A DNA stretch of 64,000 nt, from the NCBI RefSeq assembly GCF_006345805.1, contig NC_043002.1, positions 26,164,001-26,228,000 of the forward strand, in the 5' to 3' direction. The notes under the pieces were generated by a model, which saw nothing but the letters and a program-made list of their open reading frames with translations, had not been told where the DNA came from and did not search any database. Positions 12,655-26,994 of this stretch are shown in pieces. The DNA is from Octopus sinensis (taxonomy: Eukaryota). The position numbers were made by a program, and so were the translations under genes. Positions within the stretch are counted from its first letter, which is position 1. Each line of letters begins with the position of its first letter.

Positions 12655-13760
12655 TACATGGGTTGGACAAAATAACGAGAATACCACTTTTTATTTAAAT
12701 GTTTATTTTATTATCAACACGACAAACTTAGAACTCTTCTAGTCGGTATATATGTGATCATAAGCGTTGTGTATGACTTGTACTTCTTCGTAAAGCCCTC
12801 TGTTTTTCTTTTTCGGGTATTTATATCTAAATACGATAACATGCGCGAGCTGTCTGATTTACAAAGAGGACAAATACCTATCACTGGATGACTGGAGGTT
12901 TAATCACTAAAACTCCTAAATTGCTCAATGTTTCGAGAGATAGCCTACAAAATCTGTTCGCATTTCCAAACCCAGGTAAAACCAACACAGACAAGCATAA
13001 TTTCCAGACGGAAACCAAAGCTCACAGAAAGAGTCCTCAGAAGAGTAAAATGTATTGTATCTAAAAGTCATCGAAATACTGCAGAGCTAAACCACCACCT
13101 TTCCAACTCTGCACCGAATAATACCGTTCGTCGTGAGTTCCATAATTCTGTATACCATGGGAATCCTTCACTTGCTGAAACTCTCCCGTTTCCCATAACA
13201 TTGATAAATGGTAAAAATGTTGTCTAGACTATCAGAAATAGTGACTGACTCAATGGAACAATATCATCTCTGATGAATGATCATTCACGCTTTATTCTTC
13301 TTTGGGGCGAGTTTATGTCAAGACACTACCCTGAACGTTTAGTCCCCCATTCTGAAGCATGAAAATGTCTCTATGGCTAATATGAGCAGCCATATTATAG
13401 ATATCCCTCGGTCATTTAGTCCTATTTTGCAGTGTTAACGAGAAGAGTTATCTGAATATTTTGACTGATTATGTCTATCTTAGGGTACAGCCATTGTTCC
13501 CTGATAGTATGCCAGTTTTCCAGGACAATATTGTGTTGATTCACACGAAACTGGCACGAAGAGCAAAGTAAACTACCTGAATTGGTAGATGCCATATGAT
13601 TACCCCATCAGTAATTACCGAATCTAAATATGGTGTTTGCTGGAGCATCACCTGAAAAACTGCTTCCCTCTGCCATGGTCACTGAAAGAGTTAAAGCGGT
13701 TTTACTTGGAGTATAATACAAAATTCCTCTGACAACTTGCACAGGTGAATTATTCCACCA
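12655..13760 (+). mobile_element. Degenerate Tc1-like transposon (transposase pseudogene)
   Basis: Starts MRELSDLQRGQI (12841). HTH region RKPKLTERVLRRVKCIVSKSHRNTAEL; IISDE first-Asp motif near 13265; FQDN second-Asp motif near 13520. Many stops and frameshifts. Confidence 0.8.
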
Positions 13761-13771
13761 ATTAAATTTCA

Positions 13772-14720
13772 TTTTTAATTTTACGGAAACCCACGTTTTC
13801 GGCTATGGAAATTCCGATTCTGAAAAAAAAAAAAAAAGGCAAAATTTGCAACTTCAAAATTTCAATTTCAGCTTCCGCCCCCACCCCACCTCCCCCATTT
13901 CTTCATTTTTCACTTTCTTCAGAAATCTTTTGCAGTGGTTATTTTTGTGTAATTATATTCAGGAACATCTTCACAAAAAATACATAAAGTATCATCATCA
14001 TCTAATATCCATGTTCTTGCTGGCATGGACTGGACTGATGTCATAACACCATCCACTTTACAGCATGAATTGGGTGCTTTTTTTTCATACCACCTGACTA
14101 TTGAGGTTGCCATATGCCTCGTAGACTACAAATCTAATTTTGTGCAGAGGACCAGTGTAGTTACTAATATCTAGTAAGGGAAAACGGTAAAAATCCCCTT
14201 TGGCCATAAATGTTCATGAGATTGCACCTAGAAAGTCCCCCTCTATGGTAGAAGTCCGGGCAAATTCGTTTGTGGGAGGCTGGCACTCACCCATGTATAA
14301 CAGCCTACCCTCTCCATGCCACCAATGTTATCCAAGGGAAAGGCAAAGACTGATACAACAAAGCATTCCATACATATTCTGTACGTATGTGCCAGAAAGA
14401 GTTTGTGTGAAAATTGACTGTTATTTCTAGGATATGAATAGCCTGCTTGAAGGCCGTAGAATCGGGAGGGGAGGGGTTGAGATAATTTTTTTCTGTTTTG
14501 GAAAAATTGAAATTTTACAAACAATTTTTTTTCTTTTCAGAATCATAGTCTCCGTATTTTTCTACGTATTTCAATCAAACATTTTCTGAAAACAGTGAAA
14601 AATGAAAAAGGACGTGGGTGTGAAATTCAAATTTTGAAGTTGCGATTTTTGCCAATTTTTTTTTCAGAATCGGAATCTTCATAGCCGAAAACGTGGGTTT
14701 CTGTAAAAAAACATTAAAAA
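13772..14720. mobile_element. Non-autonomous DNA element with ~150-bp inverted repeats
   Basis: acggaaacccacgttttcggctatggaaattccgattctgaaaaaa...gcaacttcaaaatt (left) vs aattttgaagttgc...ttttcagaatcggaatcttcatagccgaaaacgtgggtttctgt (right). Confidence 0.8.
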
Positions 14721-14760
14721 ATGATAATAAATAAATGTAGTAAGAGGGGATGGGTGACTT

Positions 14761-14797
14761 CTCCGCCATGTGCTCCGCCATGTGCTCCGCCATGTGC
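14761..14797 (+). repeat. 12-bp tandem repeat (ctccgccatgtg) x3
   Basis: Directly visible. Confidence 0.9.
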
Positions 14798-15423
14798 TCA
14801 TTGTCGGTTTCTGTTAGTGCTCGGAAAGCTCTATCATCGGCAAAAATACTTATAGGCTGAGGCATACTTAGATACCCAGGTAAATAAATTGATCACCCTG
14901 AATAAAAGCTCTGTAACTAGCAAGAAAATGCAGAGGGACGCGTAACTCCAGTGTACTCAGCAACGTACTAACAATACAGCATGATTTAATGTATGCATTC
15001 CGATATACATAATACATAAATACAGTCATAAAACACACGTATATTTACATTTACACATACACACATACATGCATACATACATATGTATATATAAAATTAT
15101 AATGATGGGTATCTGAGAGATACTACTACGCTCGAAATAGCAGTCAAAACCTGACTCTAAAACCACATCATGTATTCATGCAGTACAAGGTGAAAAGATA
15201 AATAGACAAATAATTATAATTTAATTATAATTTTAATAATAATTATTACTTATAAGGTTTTTCTTCCCACGCTGGCCACCTGATATGATCGTTATTTTAA
15301 ATGACGGTCTTATCCTTATTTATATAAAAGTATATATATACATACATACACACATGTATACATATATACATACACACACATGTATACGTATATATACATA
15401 CATTCTAATCAACCTCTATATAT

Positions 15424-16318
15424 GAAGAGCGATTATACCAACTTTTGCACGAAATTTCTCTTCAACCGACAAGGGAATTGGCAGAGAAAATAGAATGCTC
15501 CCACACTGCTATAGAGAAGCATCTTCATTCGATGGCAAAGGTTCAGAAGTATGGAACATGGGTTCTGCATGCTTTAAGTGACAACAACAAAAATCAACGA
15601 ACCACAATCTCTGCTGATTTGCTTGCTCGTCACGGCTCAACTCATGGAAAAAGCAACGATTTCTTTACCGAATCGTTACTGGCGACAAAAAGTGGTGCCT
15701 GTACATCAATATGAAGCAGCATAAGGAATGGCTTAGACCCGGTAAACAAGCGACATCACGCGTGAAACAATATCTTCATCCGCATAAAATGATGCTGTGC
15801 GTATGATGAGACTGGGAAGGGACTATCCATTACGAATTGCTTGAACGGGACCAAACGGTCAAAGCGGAACTCTATGTTCAACAGATGGAACAACTCAACA
15901 CGGCTATTCAAGAGAAAAGACTTAATCGCCAGCATGGAGTTTTGCTGTACGACAACGCCCGCCCTCATATCGCCAATATGACAAAAGAAACCATTCAAAC
16001 GCATGGCTGGGAAGTGCTGTCGCACCCGCCGTACTCTCCTGATTTGGCACCAACGAATTTCCACCTCTTTCGATCTCTTTCAAATGCTATGCGCGGAGTT
16101 TCGTTCAATACTGATGCAGAATTGGGAGCCTCGTCGGATCAATTTTCCTAGTCGAAATCGGCTGATTTCTATCAACGAGATATTGAAAATCTTGTTGAAC
16201 ATTGGGAAGAGGTTGCAAACAACAAGGGTGAATACATTATTGATTAATTAGTTGTTATCTATTTTATTAAACCTTTAAAATAATTTAAATTTAAAAAACT
16301 TAGTTGCCAAACCAATAT
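15424..16318 (+). mobile_element. mariner (DD34D-type, Mos1/Hsmar-like) transposase pseudogene, 5'-truncated
   Basis: TRELAEKIECSHTAIEKHLHSMAKVQKYGTWV; VTGDKKW; YDNARPH; HPPYSPDLAPTNFHLFRSL; C-terminal HWEEVANNKGEYIID*. A 3' TIR-like aaaacttagttgccaaaccaata is followed by TA. Confidence 0.92.
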
Positions 16319-16624
16319 ATGACTACTTTGCAATAAAGAGAGAATCAAGTTTACGGAAATAATATACAGAGGTAAAAAGCAATAAATTTCATATTTCTTC
16401 ACGATCTTCTAGGGTTCTAGTTTGAAACATACATTGAAATATGAAGACAAATGGTACACTGTCAGCGGGACTACAAAACTTAAATACCTGTTTGTTTTCA
16501 ATTTATATATGTACCTAAGTTTTGCTTTGAGATATTGATGATATTAATGACGACGAAAACAGTAGTAACAACTACAGAAACTAAAGCAACAACAATAATA
16601 ATAATCCTTTCTACTGGAAGCACA

Positions 16625-17370
16625 ACTGGTTCTAATTTTATCAACCCCAAAAGGATGAAAGGCAAAGTCGACCTCGGCGGAATTTGAACTCAGAGCGTAA
16701 CGGCAGACGAAATACCTATTTCTTTACTACCCACAAGGGGATAAACACATAGAGGATAAACAAGGACAGACAAACGGATCAAGTCGATTATATCGACCCA
16801 GGGCGTAACGGGTACTTATTTAATCGACCGCGAAAGGATGAAAGGCAAAGTCGATTTCGGCGGAATTTGAACTCAGAACGTAACGGCAGACGAAATACCG
16901 CTAAGCTTATAGCCCGGCGTGCTAACGTTTCTTATTTCTTTATTGCCCACAATGAGCTAAACATATAGGGGACAAACTAGGACAGACAAAGGGATTAAGT
17001 CGATTACATCGACTCCGGTGCGTAACTGGTACTTAATTTATAGACCCCGAAAGTATGAAAGGCAAAGTCGATCCCGGCGGAAATTGAACTCAGAACGTAA
17101 CGGCAGACGAAATAGCGCTTTGCATTTCGCCCGGCGTGCTAACGTTTCTGCCAGCTCACCGCCTTAATAATAATATTCCTTTCTATAATAGGTAGAAGGG
17201 GAGGAGACTAGTCGATTACATCGACCCCGGTGTTCAACTGGGGCCAACTGGTACTTATTTAATCGACCCCGAAATAATAAAAGGCGAAGTTGACCTCGGC
17301 AAAATTTGAACTCAGAACATAAAGAATTAAATGCCAGTGCTAACGATTCTACCATCTCGCCGCCTTACCA
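16625..17370 (-). mobile_element. Head-to-tail array of 4-5 family A SINE units
   Basis: aaaggcaaagtcga...cggcggaa(a/t)ttgaactcagaacgtaacggcagacgaaata recurs at about 16660, 16845, 17060 and 17285. Confidence 0.9.
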
Positions 17371-17504
17371 GATAGTGGCTCTAATGGATTTTGATCTGAA
17401 CTGATTGGAAGTGTCATCGTGTACATGTTTTGTCTTGGTATAAAAGATAGGTTACAGCAAATAGTCTGAGTGTATGAAAGCGTGTAAACAATTTAAGGTT
17501 ATAT

Positions 17505-17725
17505 AGGATTTTACTTGAGAGTGACCATGAAATTCAAGGAAGAGGACCAGATATTATTATTCTGAACAAGGTTTCGAAATAATGAATAATCATAAATGTG
17601 GCTGCGACTGCTGCTATGAATACAGCGGTTAAAGAGCAGGAGAAAAAGGAAAATTCCAAAACTTGCCAAAGTAATCCTGGCAGTTATAGACACCCTATCT
17701 ACCATTACCAGCAGACTTAGTAGTT
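17505..17725 (+). pseudogene. Restriction-like endonuclease fragment of an R4/Dong-type non-LTR retrotransposon
   Basis: DHEIQGRGPDIIILNKVSK...AVKEQEKKE resembles the RPDIV...KE.EK motif of RLE domains. Degenerate. Confidence 0.6.
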
Positions 17726-19439
17726 TCCTTATCGCGATCGGTGTAACAACTAGAATAGCATTAAAACAGAAATTTGCTCTATTAGGAAGGGCAAGGATTG
17801 TACGAAAAGTCTTCGATATATTTAAAGAAGTATTAGTAAATCGGTATCAAGCATATTGATTTCAAATTTAACGCATTGGTGTATACCATTAGATAATAAT
17901 TATATTCCATTTTAATATGGACGTAAAGTCTGACGTTTGGGGAGGGGATTAATCGATTATATCGGCTCTAGTGCTCAGCTGTTACTTATTTCATCGTTCC
18001 GAAAGTTTGAAAGGTAAAGTCAAAATTTGAGCTCAGAACACGAAGACGGACGAAATGCCACCAAGCATTTCGTTCCTCTTCATCCTAACTATTCTTACCG
18101 CTCCCCATCTTTTAAATAATAATATTAATAGTTTATAATTTAGTCATAAAGCTAGAGGGTCGGATTGATCAATTAAGTAGTCCCCATAGTGAAAGTACGA
18201 AGTTTAAATTTGACCTTGCGGAATTTAAACTTATACATAAAGATAAAGAACAAACGCTACAAAATATTTTTCGCCTGTTTAACCATCCTCGTAGCTTGCC
18301 GTTTTATTTCTTTTCTTTTCTTTTTAATACCTATTTGTATTTCAATATATATTCGTTTTTTTCTGTTTGTATATTATTTTGTTATTTTGGTTTTAATGTC
18401 AAAAGAGCAGCGGGTGACATGAAACGAGACATCGTTAACTTCAATAATCGGAAGAATGTCTTTTTAGATCGATAACGTAACAATAGGAAATTTCGAAAAC
18501 AAACGACAATAATGTTGAAAACAATTGTATAGTTAATGTATTCAAAATATTATTGAAATATAATTGCTTTGTGTCTAACATAAGTTATTCATTGCACAGG
18601 TTCACCCTACGATCCAACACGTGTAAACACAACTACGGAGTTTAAGTCAAGTCTTCATCACTCTAAAACAGTCCATGTCAAGAAGAAATTCCAAACATGA
18701 AAACAGTACCATTTCCATTATGATTATTGCAAATTCTTACACTGACATTGATGCATAAAATCTACAAAGTATATAATTTGTAATATCGTGAATAATACAT
18801 AAATATTGTCTTGAAAAAGACGAACAGCAAGCGACAAAAATTCAAATTATTAGAATAAAATCGTTTAAGTCATAAGCTGTGAGAAGGTAAGAAGGAAACA
18901 CCGAAAAACGAAACCCTTTGTACAGAGAGAATACTGACAAATTTATCCGAAACAGAATTACGGAAACGAAGATCTGTCTAAAAGTGAACGTTAAAAAGTT
19001 TTAAGAATACGAAATTCTAAACACGGGAAATTTGAAACTGACTATAGTCTGAAAGTGTAAATATTTAAAGAATTAAAATTGATATATATATATATATTTC
19101 TACGGACCAATGAAAGAATCTGTTTCAAATATAAAACTTACGAACAATTGTAACTACAATAAGAAAGCAAACCTTACCATGATAGACTTGATGAAAACAG
19201 ATGTGGACATCAATACGATCGAAAATAAATTAAATAATAGATGACGGTGTCACAGCAGTTTCAAACTAAAAGTGAGAACTCTTTGTAAAAACTACTCAAA
19301 GGTGCACCAATGTGGAAAATAAGTATACAGAGAATAATAGAATATAAAATATCTCTTAATCCTGAATAAAAATCAATAATGGCAGCAGAGAATAAAAAGA
19401 TACAAGATATATTACAGAAACACAACATAACAAAATATA

Positions 19440-21820
19440 AGAAATAACCAAAATTAAATAATAATGCCAAAAACAATAGTTAATTTTCCTAACGACGGAA
19501 TCCTTGCGTAAATCGCAAAGAATCCGTCTTTATGAAAACAAGAAAAAAATGAAATCGATTCTTCGAAAAAAAAAAGTTGGTGTGACGCCAACAAAATAAA
19601 TTTTTTCCAATAACTAAGTAAAACCAAAATAGAAATCAATTGAGCACCGACAGCAAGTAGAACAAGTACGATAATTTATCAGGCTCACATAAAGTTTTGG
19701 TAAAAACTTTTAATGATTCACGAAAAGAATTAGAGTGACACTCGACTGGTTCACTGAGAAGAAAAAGAAAACCATCTTAATCCGCAACATTAAAGAAATA
19801 ATAAACCCCCAAATTTATTCACAGCTATCTCGTCTGCCTAAAGCTTACAAAAACTCAAATAAAAACTGCAAATAACAGATAATAAATGATTATCCGAAAA
19901 TAAATCTACATCACTTCCAATAGATTAAAATAGATGACGCACAAATTTATTTCTGTAGTAAGTATCAAATATTACTTATCATCAAAACTAGGTATAGCTT
20001 CTTCTAATGGTTATATTACATCTATTCTGAAATAATAAACAAACAAACAATGAATAAAGAAACTGATATTATTTTAACGGTTCTCTATATCTAGCTCATC
20101 ACCATCATTAACTTTTATCTTTGTAATAGAAAAAGAATTAAATTCATTAGATACTTACACCCTTAGATGATTGTCAGTTTCACATTTTCCCTTATTTCTT
20201 TCATTATTAAAGAATACTGCCGTTAGTATATCAAAGCTGGTGCAACTTTTGATATTCTTCATCTTCTTGAGTGAGAGCCAAAGCGATTTTCCGACTTTGA
20301 ACTCATTTGGCTGCTAAACCTCAATCTCTCTGTCATCATCTTTCAAATAATTCTCATTTGTTCACTGTTGTTCTTTCATTTTGTAAGCAATGTTTCTACA
20401 CTATTAGGTTCTAGCTACGAAAATCTGACGCGTAGAACTCTTGTTCGTCGTATTTCTATGATAAATATATTTTTAATACTTTTAATTTTCGTATTGATTG
20501 TTTTATAGTTTTTCATGTAGTTTTACATTAATTTCACTTTCTTTCGTAACTGCCAACAACGTAAATGTTGCTTCAATCTTGATGTATTGTTGGCTGCTTG
20601 CTATTGTACTGGGAGGGACTTTCAATAAAAAATATATAAAAAAGAAAACAATTTGGTATGCATCGAAGCCTTTTGGCAATGTTTTGTATCCTTGGATTCA
20701 CGAAATATTCGCCATGAGTAATGCACGTTTCATTAACAAGCATTTACTTTAGGCGCATGATTAATAATTGGCAAACCATTCAGCAGATTAAAGAAAAGAG
20801 AGAAGTATGAAAACGAATCTTATCCATATAGGAAAAGAAATACTTCAAGGGGATTCCTTCAAATCCATACCTTCTTGGCATTGATGCATGTATGCAACAT
20901 ATTATACGAGACTCGGATCAAGTTACAAATATTATAGGAAGTCAATCAAACACCGTTTGCATATTAATGACCTCAAGTAGTACACGGCAAATAATAACCA
21001 TATCGAGAACTATTATATACAGTCCAGGTTTCTGTGTAGAGAGATTGGCACGAAATTCAGCTTTAAAATATGCATCCAGGCACTTGAAGAGAGAAAACTA
21101 ATAAAATGCTAATATGTTAAGCAAAGAAACACAGATAAGAGAAGTAGACCAAAAAGTGGGAATTAATGAACACTATACAAATACTGGGAATTAATGAAAA
21201 CTACAGAAGCAAACAAAAATAAAGTAGAGCTCGGGAAAGAACATTATAGTTGCATTAGATTAATTCAGAGTACATTGCCAAAAATAAAGAGAAATGCATC
21301 AGCATTCCAGCTAGTCTGGTATAAGGTTATATTTATAATATTTTCAATTAGACACTGACTGAATTAGAAAAGCTAAACAGGAAAAGAAAAAAAATAATGA
21401 ATGCGTTAAGAATACATCAGCGTAAAACCAATACACAAAGATTACATGTACGAAAACTACTAGACTTCTTCCTTTAGAGGAATATGAAATATCTATTATG
21501 AAAGCATAAAAATCTGTAGTAAATAATAATAGGAAAATAATCCAAATACAGACAGGACATGAACGAAATAAAAAGAAATGTTTTGTGTCTTCAAGAAATA
21601 ATACCCGATAAATGTAAAACATTGGCTGCGATAAAAAAGTCTTGGTAAAAATTATGAAATGGTAGCAAAGACATTTAAATATCTGAAAGCTTAATTAAAA
21701 ATTGGATTACAGAAAATGTCATATTCAGACGTTATAAAAATACCTTACATTGCTTCTACCCGATATGATCTAACTATTCAAAAGTGAATAAAGAAAAAAC
21801 TCAGGAGTGGCCGAGTAGCG
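19440..21820 (+). pseudogene. Long decayed R4/Dong-type (RLE-clade) LINE reverse transcriptase
   Basis: KSQRIRLYENKKK (~19510), EILQGDSF (~20835; cf. GIFQGDSLSP) and the frameshifted IKHRLHINDLK*Y (~20945; cf. INHLLYMDDLKLY). Internally rearranged. Confidence 0.65.
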
Positions 21821-22029
21821 TTTAATTCAAAACAGATCTAAGTGATTTATTTACAGTACATGGCCAGAGTTTATTCTCCAGATTCTACAAAATCTCTTAA
21901 AATATAGTACGTATAAAGTAATTACAGAATATTTATTAATTGCTAGGATTTAATCGGTCGTATGATGACAAGCATAGTCCTGGCAATTGGGTGCCTTTTG
22001 TCGAGGAAAATCTCTTACAAGCATTCTGA

Positions 22030-22345
22030 CGTCCACAGATAATTTTCTGTGTACCATACCACCAGTGCTGCCCTTTCGCTTTTGGCGTAGCCATTGGTTA
22101 GTCCACATTACTCCGTAAAGAGCATAGGGTCGGTTTACTGGGTTTTCTGGCGCATACATTCCTTCGTAGACTTTATACCGGTCCGTCGCTGGATTACTCA
22201 TTTTTACCAACTCAGTGAACTGGAGTAACCTTGTAACTGAAGTGTTTTCCTCAAGAACACAACGTATCATCCCGTCCAGGAATCGAAACCGCAATCTTAC
22301 GGTCATTATTCCAGCACCGTAACCACCAAGTCATGCGCTTCCACT
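22030..22345 (-). mobile_element. tRNA-derived SINE, family D
   Basis: The minus strand begins gtggaagcgcatgacttggtggttacgg (A box)...ggtttcgattcctgg (B box), followed by tgtgttcttgaggaaaacactt. Confidence 0.75.
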
Positions 22346-23118
22346 CACATAGCCATTATATAATTACAAATGATGTTAGCATGAGGAAATAACCGTGGTT
22401 AAGTGATGGAACAAATCTACATCAGAAAAGGTCCCACAGAATAACAAAATCACCTAAAATGGGTGACTGGACAAATCATAGAGAGAAAGTATCAAGGCTG
22501 ATATGCGAAAAATTAGTGCAAGAGTAGACTGGCAAATTAAAAGGAGCCAATGTATCACTTCTAATGATTGAAAAATATAGGTGAAAAAAAGGAAGAATTT
22601 AAAGATCTGTAAATGGAGATAATATGTGAGAGTGAAACAGAAGCATCCTCCACAATTTTAGTTAAACTCTGATACTGAGTTGAGTTGGTGCCTTCTAGTA
22701 TCTCAAAATTCAATATACAATCATTCATGATTGTTTGTATCCTGCGCTGATGAGAGAAGAAGTACGGGTAAAGTAGAATTATCTAATTCTTATGCTTTCC
22801 TAAGACTTGATCTCGAAACGTACGTCCGTAGGTGACTTAAAACTGTATGATAGATTGCCGTCAATTCATTCTCTCTTACCTGTTTGTGTTTGCCTTTCAA
22901 ATGCTGTGTTTTTACTGAGATCTCCCTTTTAGTAGAAGAAATGGCTATAATCTCTTTGACTGCTATTTCTAAATTCGGTGTGCGGTAAGGCAATTCGTTG
23001 CTAAACCCTTAATTGCTTAGTATTACTTAAATTTTCCTCGAATGAGGCTTTTACATGCCGAAGACTACCTGGTGTAATTGATAATTATTCCAAATTAATT
23101 AATTTCACCCTTCATTGT

Positions 23119-23176
<58 letters not shown>

Positions 23177-23389
23177 CGACTATATATATATAAATCGATT
23201 CCAGTACATAGTGTATTATGGAATCTGGTACTAATTCTATAAGTCCTGAGTAACGAGATCTTAATCTGACTAATATCGTTGTCAAGCGTTGGTGGAAAAC
23301 AAACACAAACACAGAAATACACAAACATGTATGTGTACATATACAAATACACATACCTTCACACACACACATACACACACTGGTTCATT

Positions 23390-23525
23390 TATTTTTCAAC
23401 GAAATCCATTCACGAGGATTCGATCGGTCAGGGTTATAGTAGAAGACACTTACCCAAGGAATGGGGTTGAATCTGGAAGCATGTGGTTAGAAAGCAGCTG
23501 TTTACAACACTACTATGCCTGTTTG
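23390..23525 (-). mobile_element. tRNA-derived SINE, family C (further copies at 51590-51750 and 56860-57020)
   Basis: Shared tccattcac...tagtagaagacactt(a/g)cccaagg...gggg/actgaa...atgtggtt motif. The minus strand has a B-box-like ggttc(c/a)g..ttcagtccc in the better-preserved copies. Confidence 0.75.
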
Positions 23526-23686
23526 TGTGTATGCTGGACGCAGCTGTAGGTTAAATTTGCTCCAACAAAGGAATTATATGTAATAGCCATCATCTTAACT
23601 TGTTTCTTACATATGCGTGTATATAAGTATATGTATGTATATATTTGTGTGTGCATATGTATATATATGTTTGTGTGTGTTGTGTG

Positions 23687-23765
<79 letters not shown>

Positions 23766-24432
23766 CACACACATACATGTATACATATATACAAACATAT
23801 CTATACGACTCCCTACTATTTAGCACTTCGATAAGTGAAAAACTACAGCATTCAACTATAATATTTACATCACATACATACACATACACATATGCGTGAA
23901 GACTCACACATGTGCGCTGGCACACATGTACATCGAATGCTGTACTGTCTTCCAATAACGAATTCCAATCCTTGGTGTCTTTTTACGCTGCAATCGAATC
24001 ACTTTATCTGAATCTAATGCATTTACTGTCAAAACAGTTTCTCCACTAAATAAGTTATAGCGTTGAAATTTCCCTCGATTATTGAGAGTTGGGAAACATG
24101 CAATGTTTCTTTTGATTGTAGTTGCTGTATATTTAATTTATATATGGCGTTATATTTTATATATCATTTATTTGTGAACATTTGCGAAGTGCGTTAGCTA
24201 TAACTTCTAACTAACCAGTCATTGATTCACTTTATTTTCGGCGGCGAGTGTGACAAGGGTGGAATAATACTCGGAGATAATTATGTTCGTTACAACGATC
24301 TATCGGCAGTGTATCGTTTTTCTAGCCAACCTGGAAGCATGCCCACAAACACGTACACGCTGTCACATATTTACAAGACAGCGACTCCATTATATTAAAA
24401 TTTATTTACTATTTTATACGTACATACACCTT

Positions 24433-24505
<73 letters not shown>

Positions 24506-24735
24506 ATGTGTATTTGAGTATGTGTGCGTGTGCGTACGCATCTATATCCATACACACACATTCATATAGGCGTAGGTATAGGTGTATGGCTACAAGGTCA
24601 TCTTGCAAGAGTGTGGGTTCAGGTTCATTTCCATAACACGTAACCTTGCGTAACTATCTACGATAGAAACATAGAACCAATGTTTTGAGCTAAATTTCAC
24701 CACCTTTTAAGTCATCCCTTTTCCAGGAACACACA

Positions 24736-24793
<58 letters not shown>

Positions 24794-25299
24794 TAGCAGC
24801 TAAGTCCGGTTTCACCCGGTCTGTTTGGATGATGTGTCTTGGATGATGTCAGAAAACAGTTTCAGGAGTTGTAAAAACAAACTTTGTACGTAGTCTGTTT
24901 GTGAGAGCTACTCTATTGGATCTCTGTCTAATAATTAAAACATTGATTTAATTATGAACATAGAAAGAAATTATACATTAATCCCTATTTTTGTAAGCAG
25001 TTATATCCGTAAAAGTTTTATTTGCAGAGAGCAGAAATTGAAATGAAATGGACGTGTGTGTGTGTATGTGTGTGCGTGCGTGCGTATCGTATAAAATTTT
25101 ACGATAGTTGATTTATAGAAAAGATTATGTTAAATTTTTGAAATGCAAATATGGTAGCTAGACCAGCTAGAAATAGCAGCCAAATCTCCCTACTGTCTTA
25201 ATCCTATAATTCTGCCTATTATGTAGTTTGAATGAGAAACTAGAACTAAAGATTAAGATTATTAATCCCACAAAGAGGTGAAAGAAGAGAAACAGCATA

Positions 25300-26388
25300 G
25301 CGGAAGTTCTCCTTGATTAAGTTGGTGAATGCTTCCTTAATCCTTTCCTACAGTTCATCTTTGATGTTACAAGGAGTTTTATTGGTCTCTATGTAACTGT
25401 ACTTCACACATAACAGTTAAGGGGTTTGCAATCTGGAGAGTTACGTGGCCGGATGTTAGGGGTGATGTGGTCGTAGGAATTGTCTGACAGCCATGACTGG
25501 GTTCTTCTAATTATGTGGCATGGAGCAGAGTCCTGTTGTCAGATATAGTGACTCCCAGCAGTCACCCTCTTGACACAAGGCAGCACTACCTATTCCAGGC
25601 ACTTGATGTAGGCCTCCGTGATGAGTGTGATGCTATGTGGAAAGATGAATGGAGGCATACCGTCGCCATCACTAATGATCACTCCAAACGCAATGATGCT
25701 GACTGGACGTTTTTATCACTCTCAGTGCATGTTTTGGGGACACAGCAAACCAACGGTTGTTCTCTGTATTCACTATCTGATCTCGTCAGAGAAAAACCAA
25801 AGCATGTTCGGTCGGAGGGGTTGCTTGAGTTTGTTCAAAAGCTTCGTAGCGCAGTCTCTCTTTTTCTCCTTGAGGGCTTGGGATAAAGATTTGCCCTTTC
25901 TTATCTTGTATGAGGAATACCGAATGTCGTCATGCACTTCCTGCCTGATAAGAAACTAAGACACTTCCATGTCCCTGGTGGTGGACCTGACTGACTTGTA
26001 GGGGTCTTTCTCAATCATGGTCTGGATCTCACCAACAAATTGAGGAGTTCTTTTCTAATTAAAATGATCAGAGTTAGTTTTCTGAGCTGCTGTACTTTTG
26101 TAATCACCATTAGACTCATCCTACTGTTTCCGAATCATATGCACTGTCTTCGGATTGACACCTAAACACACTGAAATGTTCATACTGGAGCTTCCGGTGC
26201 GCATGCCAAGCATTACTGCATGTCATTTACAAATTTCTGGCAGAATGAATTGCGTCATGGTGCTGATTTTCTCTCAGACGGTGCCCAAATGACCCTACTA
26301 TACTGTAGTCGACAAAATCAAAGGCAAACAAATGCACAATCACGAAATTAAAAGTATAAAATTGCATCAATTTACTCATCGCACCCTG
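25300..26388 (-). mobile_element. maT (DD37D) Tc1/mariner-superfamily transposon relic
   Basis: Minus strand WFFSDE, then QQDSAPCH...NSPDCKPLN with 37 residues between the second Asp and the third catalytic position. Terminal tacagggtgcgatgagtaaattgat ends in TA near 26389. Confidence 0.85.
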
Positions 26389-26430
<42 letters not shown>

Positions 26431-26888
26431 CATAAACACACGCAAATAGTTAAAAGAAGAAAAGAAAATGGAAATAAAGAAGTTAACAATTATTTATTAT
26501 TAACAAACTGGTCATCTTCGCTCCTTACAGCAGTTTAAATTAACAATATATAATCTAATTACAAATTTGTACATTAAATTTGCATATACATGACATGAAC
26601 TTCATCACAGAAAAAATTTGTAATTAAATTATTGAGATTTAATTGAAACAGCTGTAAATAACGATGACCCATTTATTAATAATAAATAATTGTTAACTTC
26701 CTTTTCTACCTTTTCATTTCTTCTTTTAACTGGATATAAACTATATGCTTAATAAATACCTATTGTTTTAATATATACCTATTGTTTTGAGGTAATTTCA
26801 TCCCCCAACAACACTAGATATTAAACCAGTATTTCCTTGGATGCAGCCATCCCTTATCGCGTTTAACATATCCTCAAAGTAAATTTGT

Positions 26889-26950
<62 letters not shown>

Positions 26951-26954
26951 GTGT

Positions 26955-26994
<40 letters not shown>

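Noticed and set aside
16625-17370. Regularly spaced repeats resembling a CRISPR array
   Set aside because: The units are 150-230-bp SINE monomers with homologous linkers, not short repeats with unique spacers. The context is eukaryotic and there are no cas genes.
18580-18720. DPTRVNTTTE, faintly like the Merlin/IS1016 DP.TG.HTN.IE motif
   Set aside because: A single short motif with no supporting TIRs or other domains.
22880-22968. Minus-strand 89-bp candidate exon reading IAVKEII...REISV (kinase-like)
   Set aside because: The acceptor is weak, the segment overlaps a recurrent repeat motif (ttt(g)gctgctatttcta, also near 4520, 15130 and 25165), and the kinase resemblance fails after the first motif.
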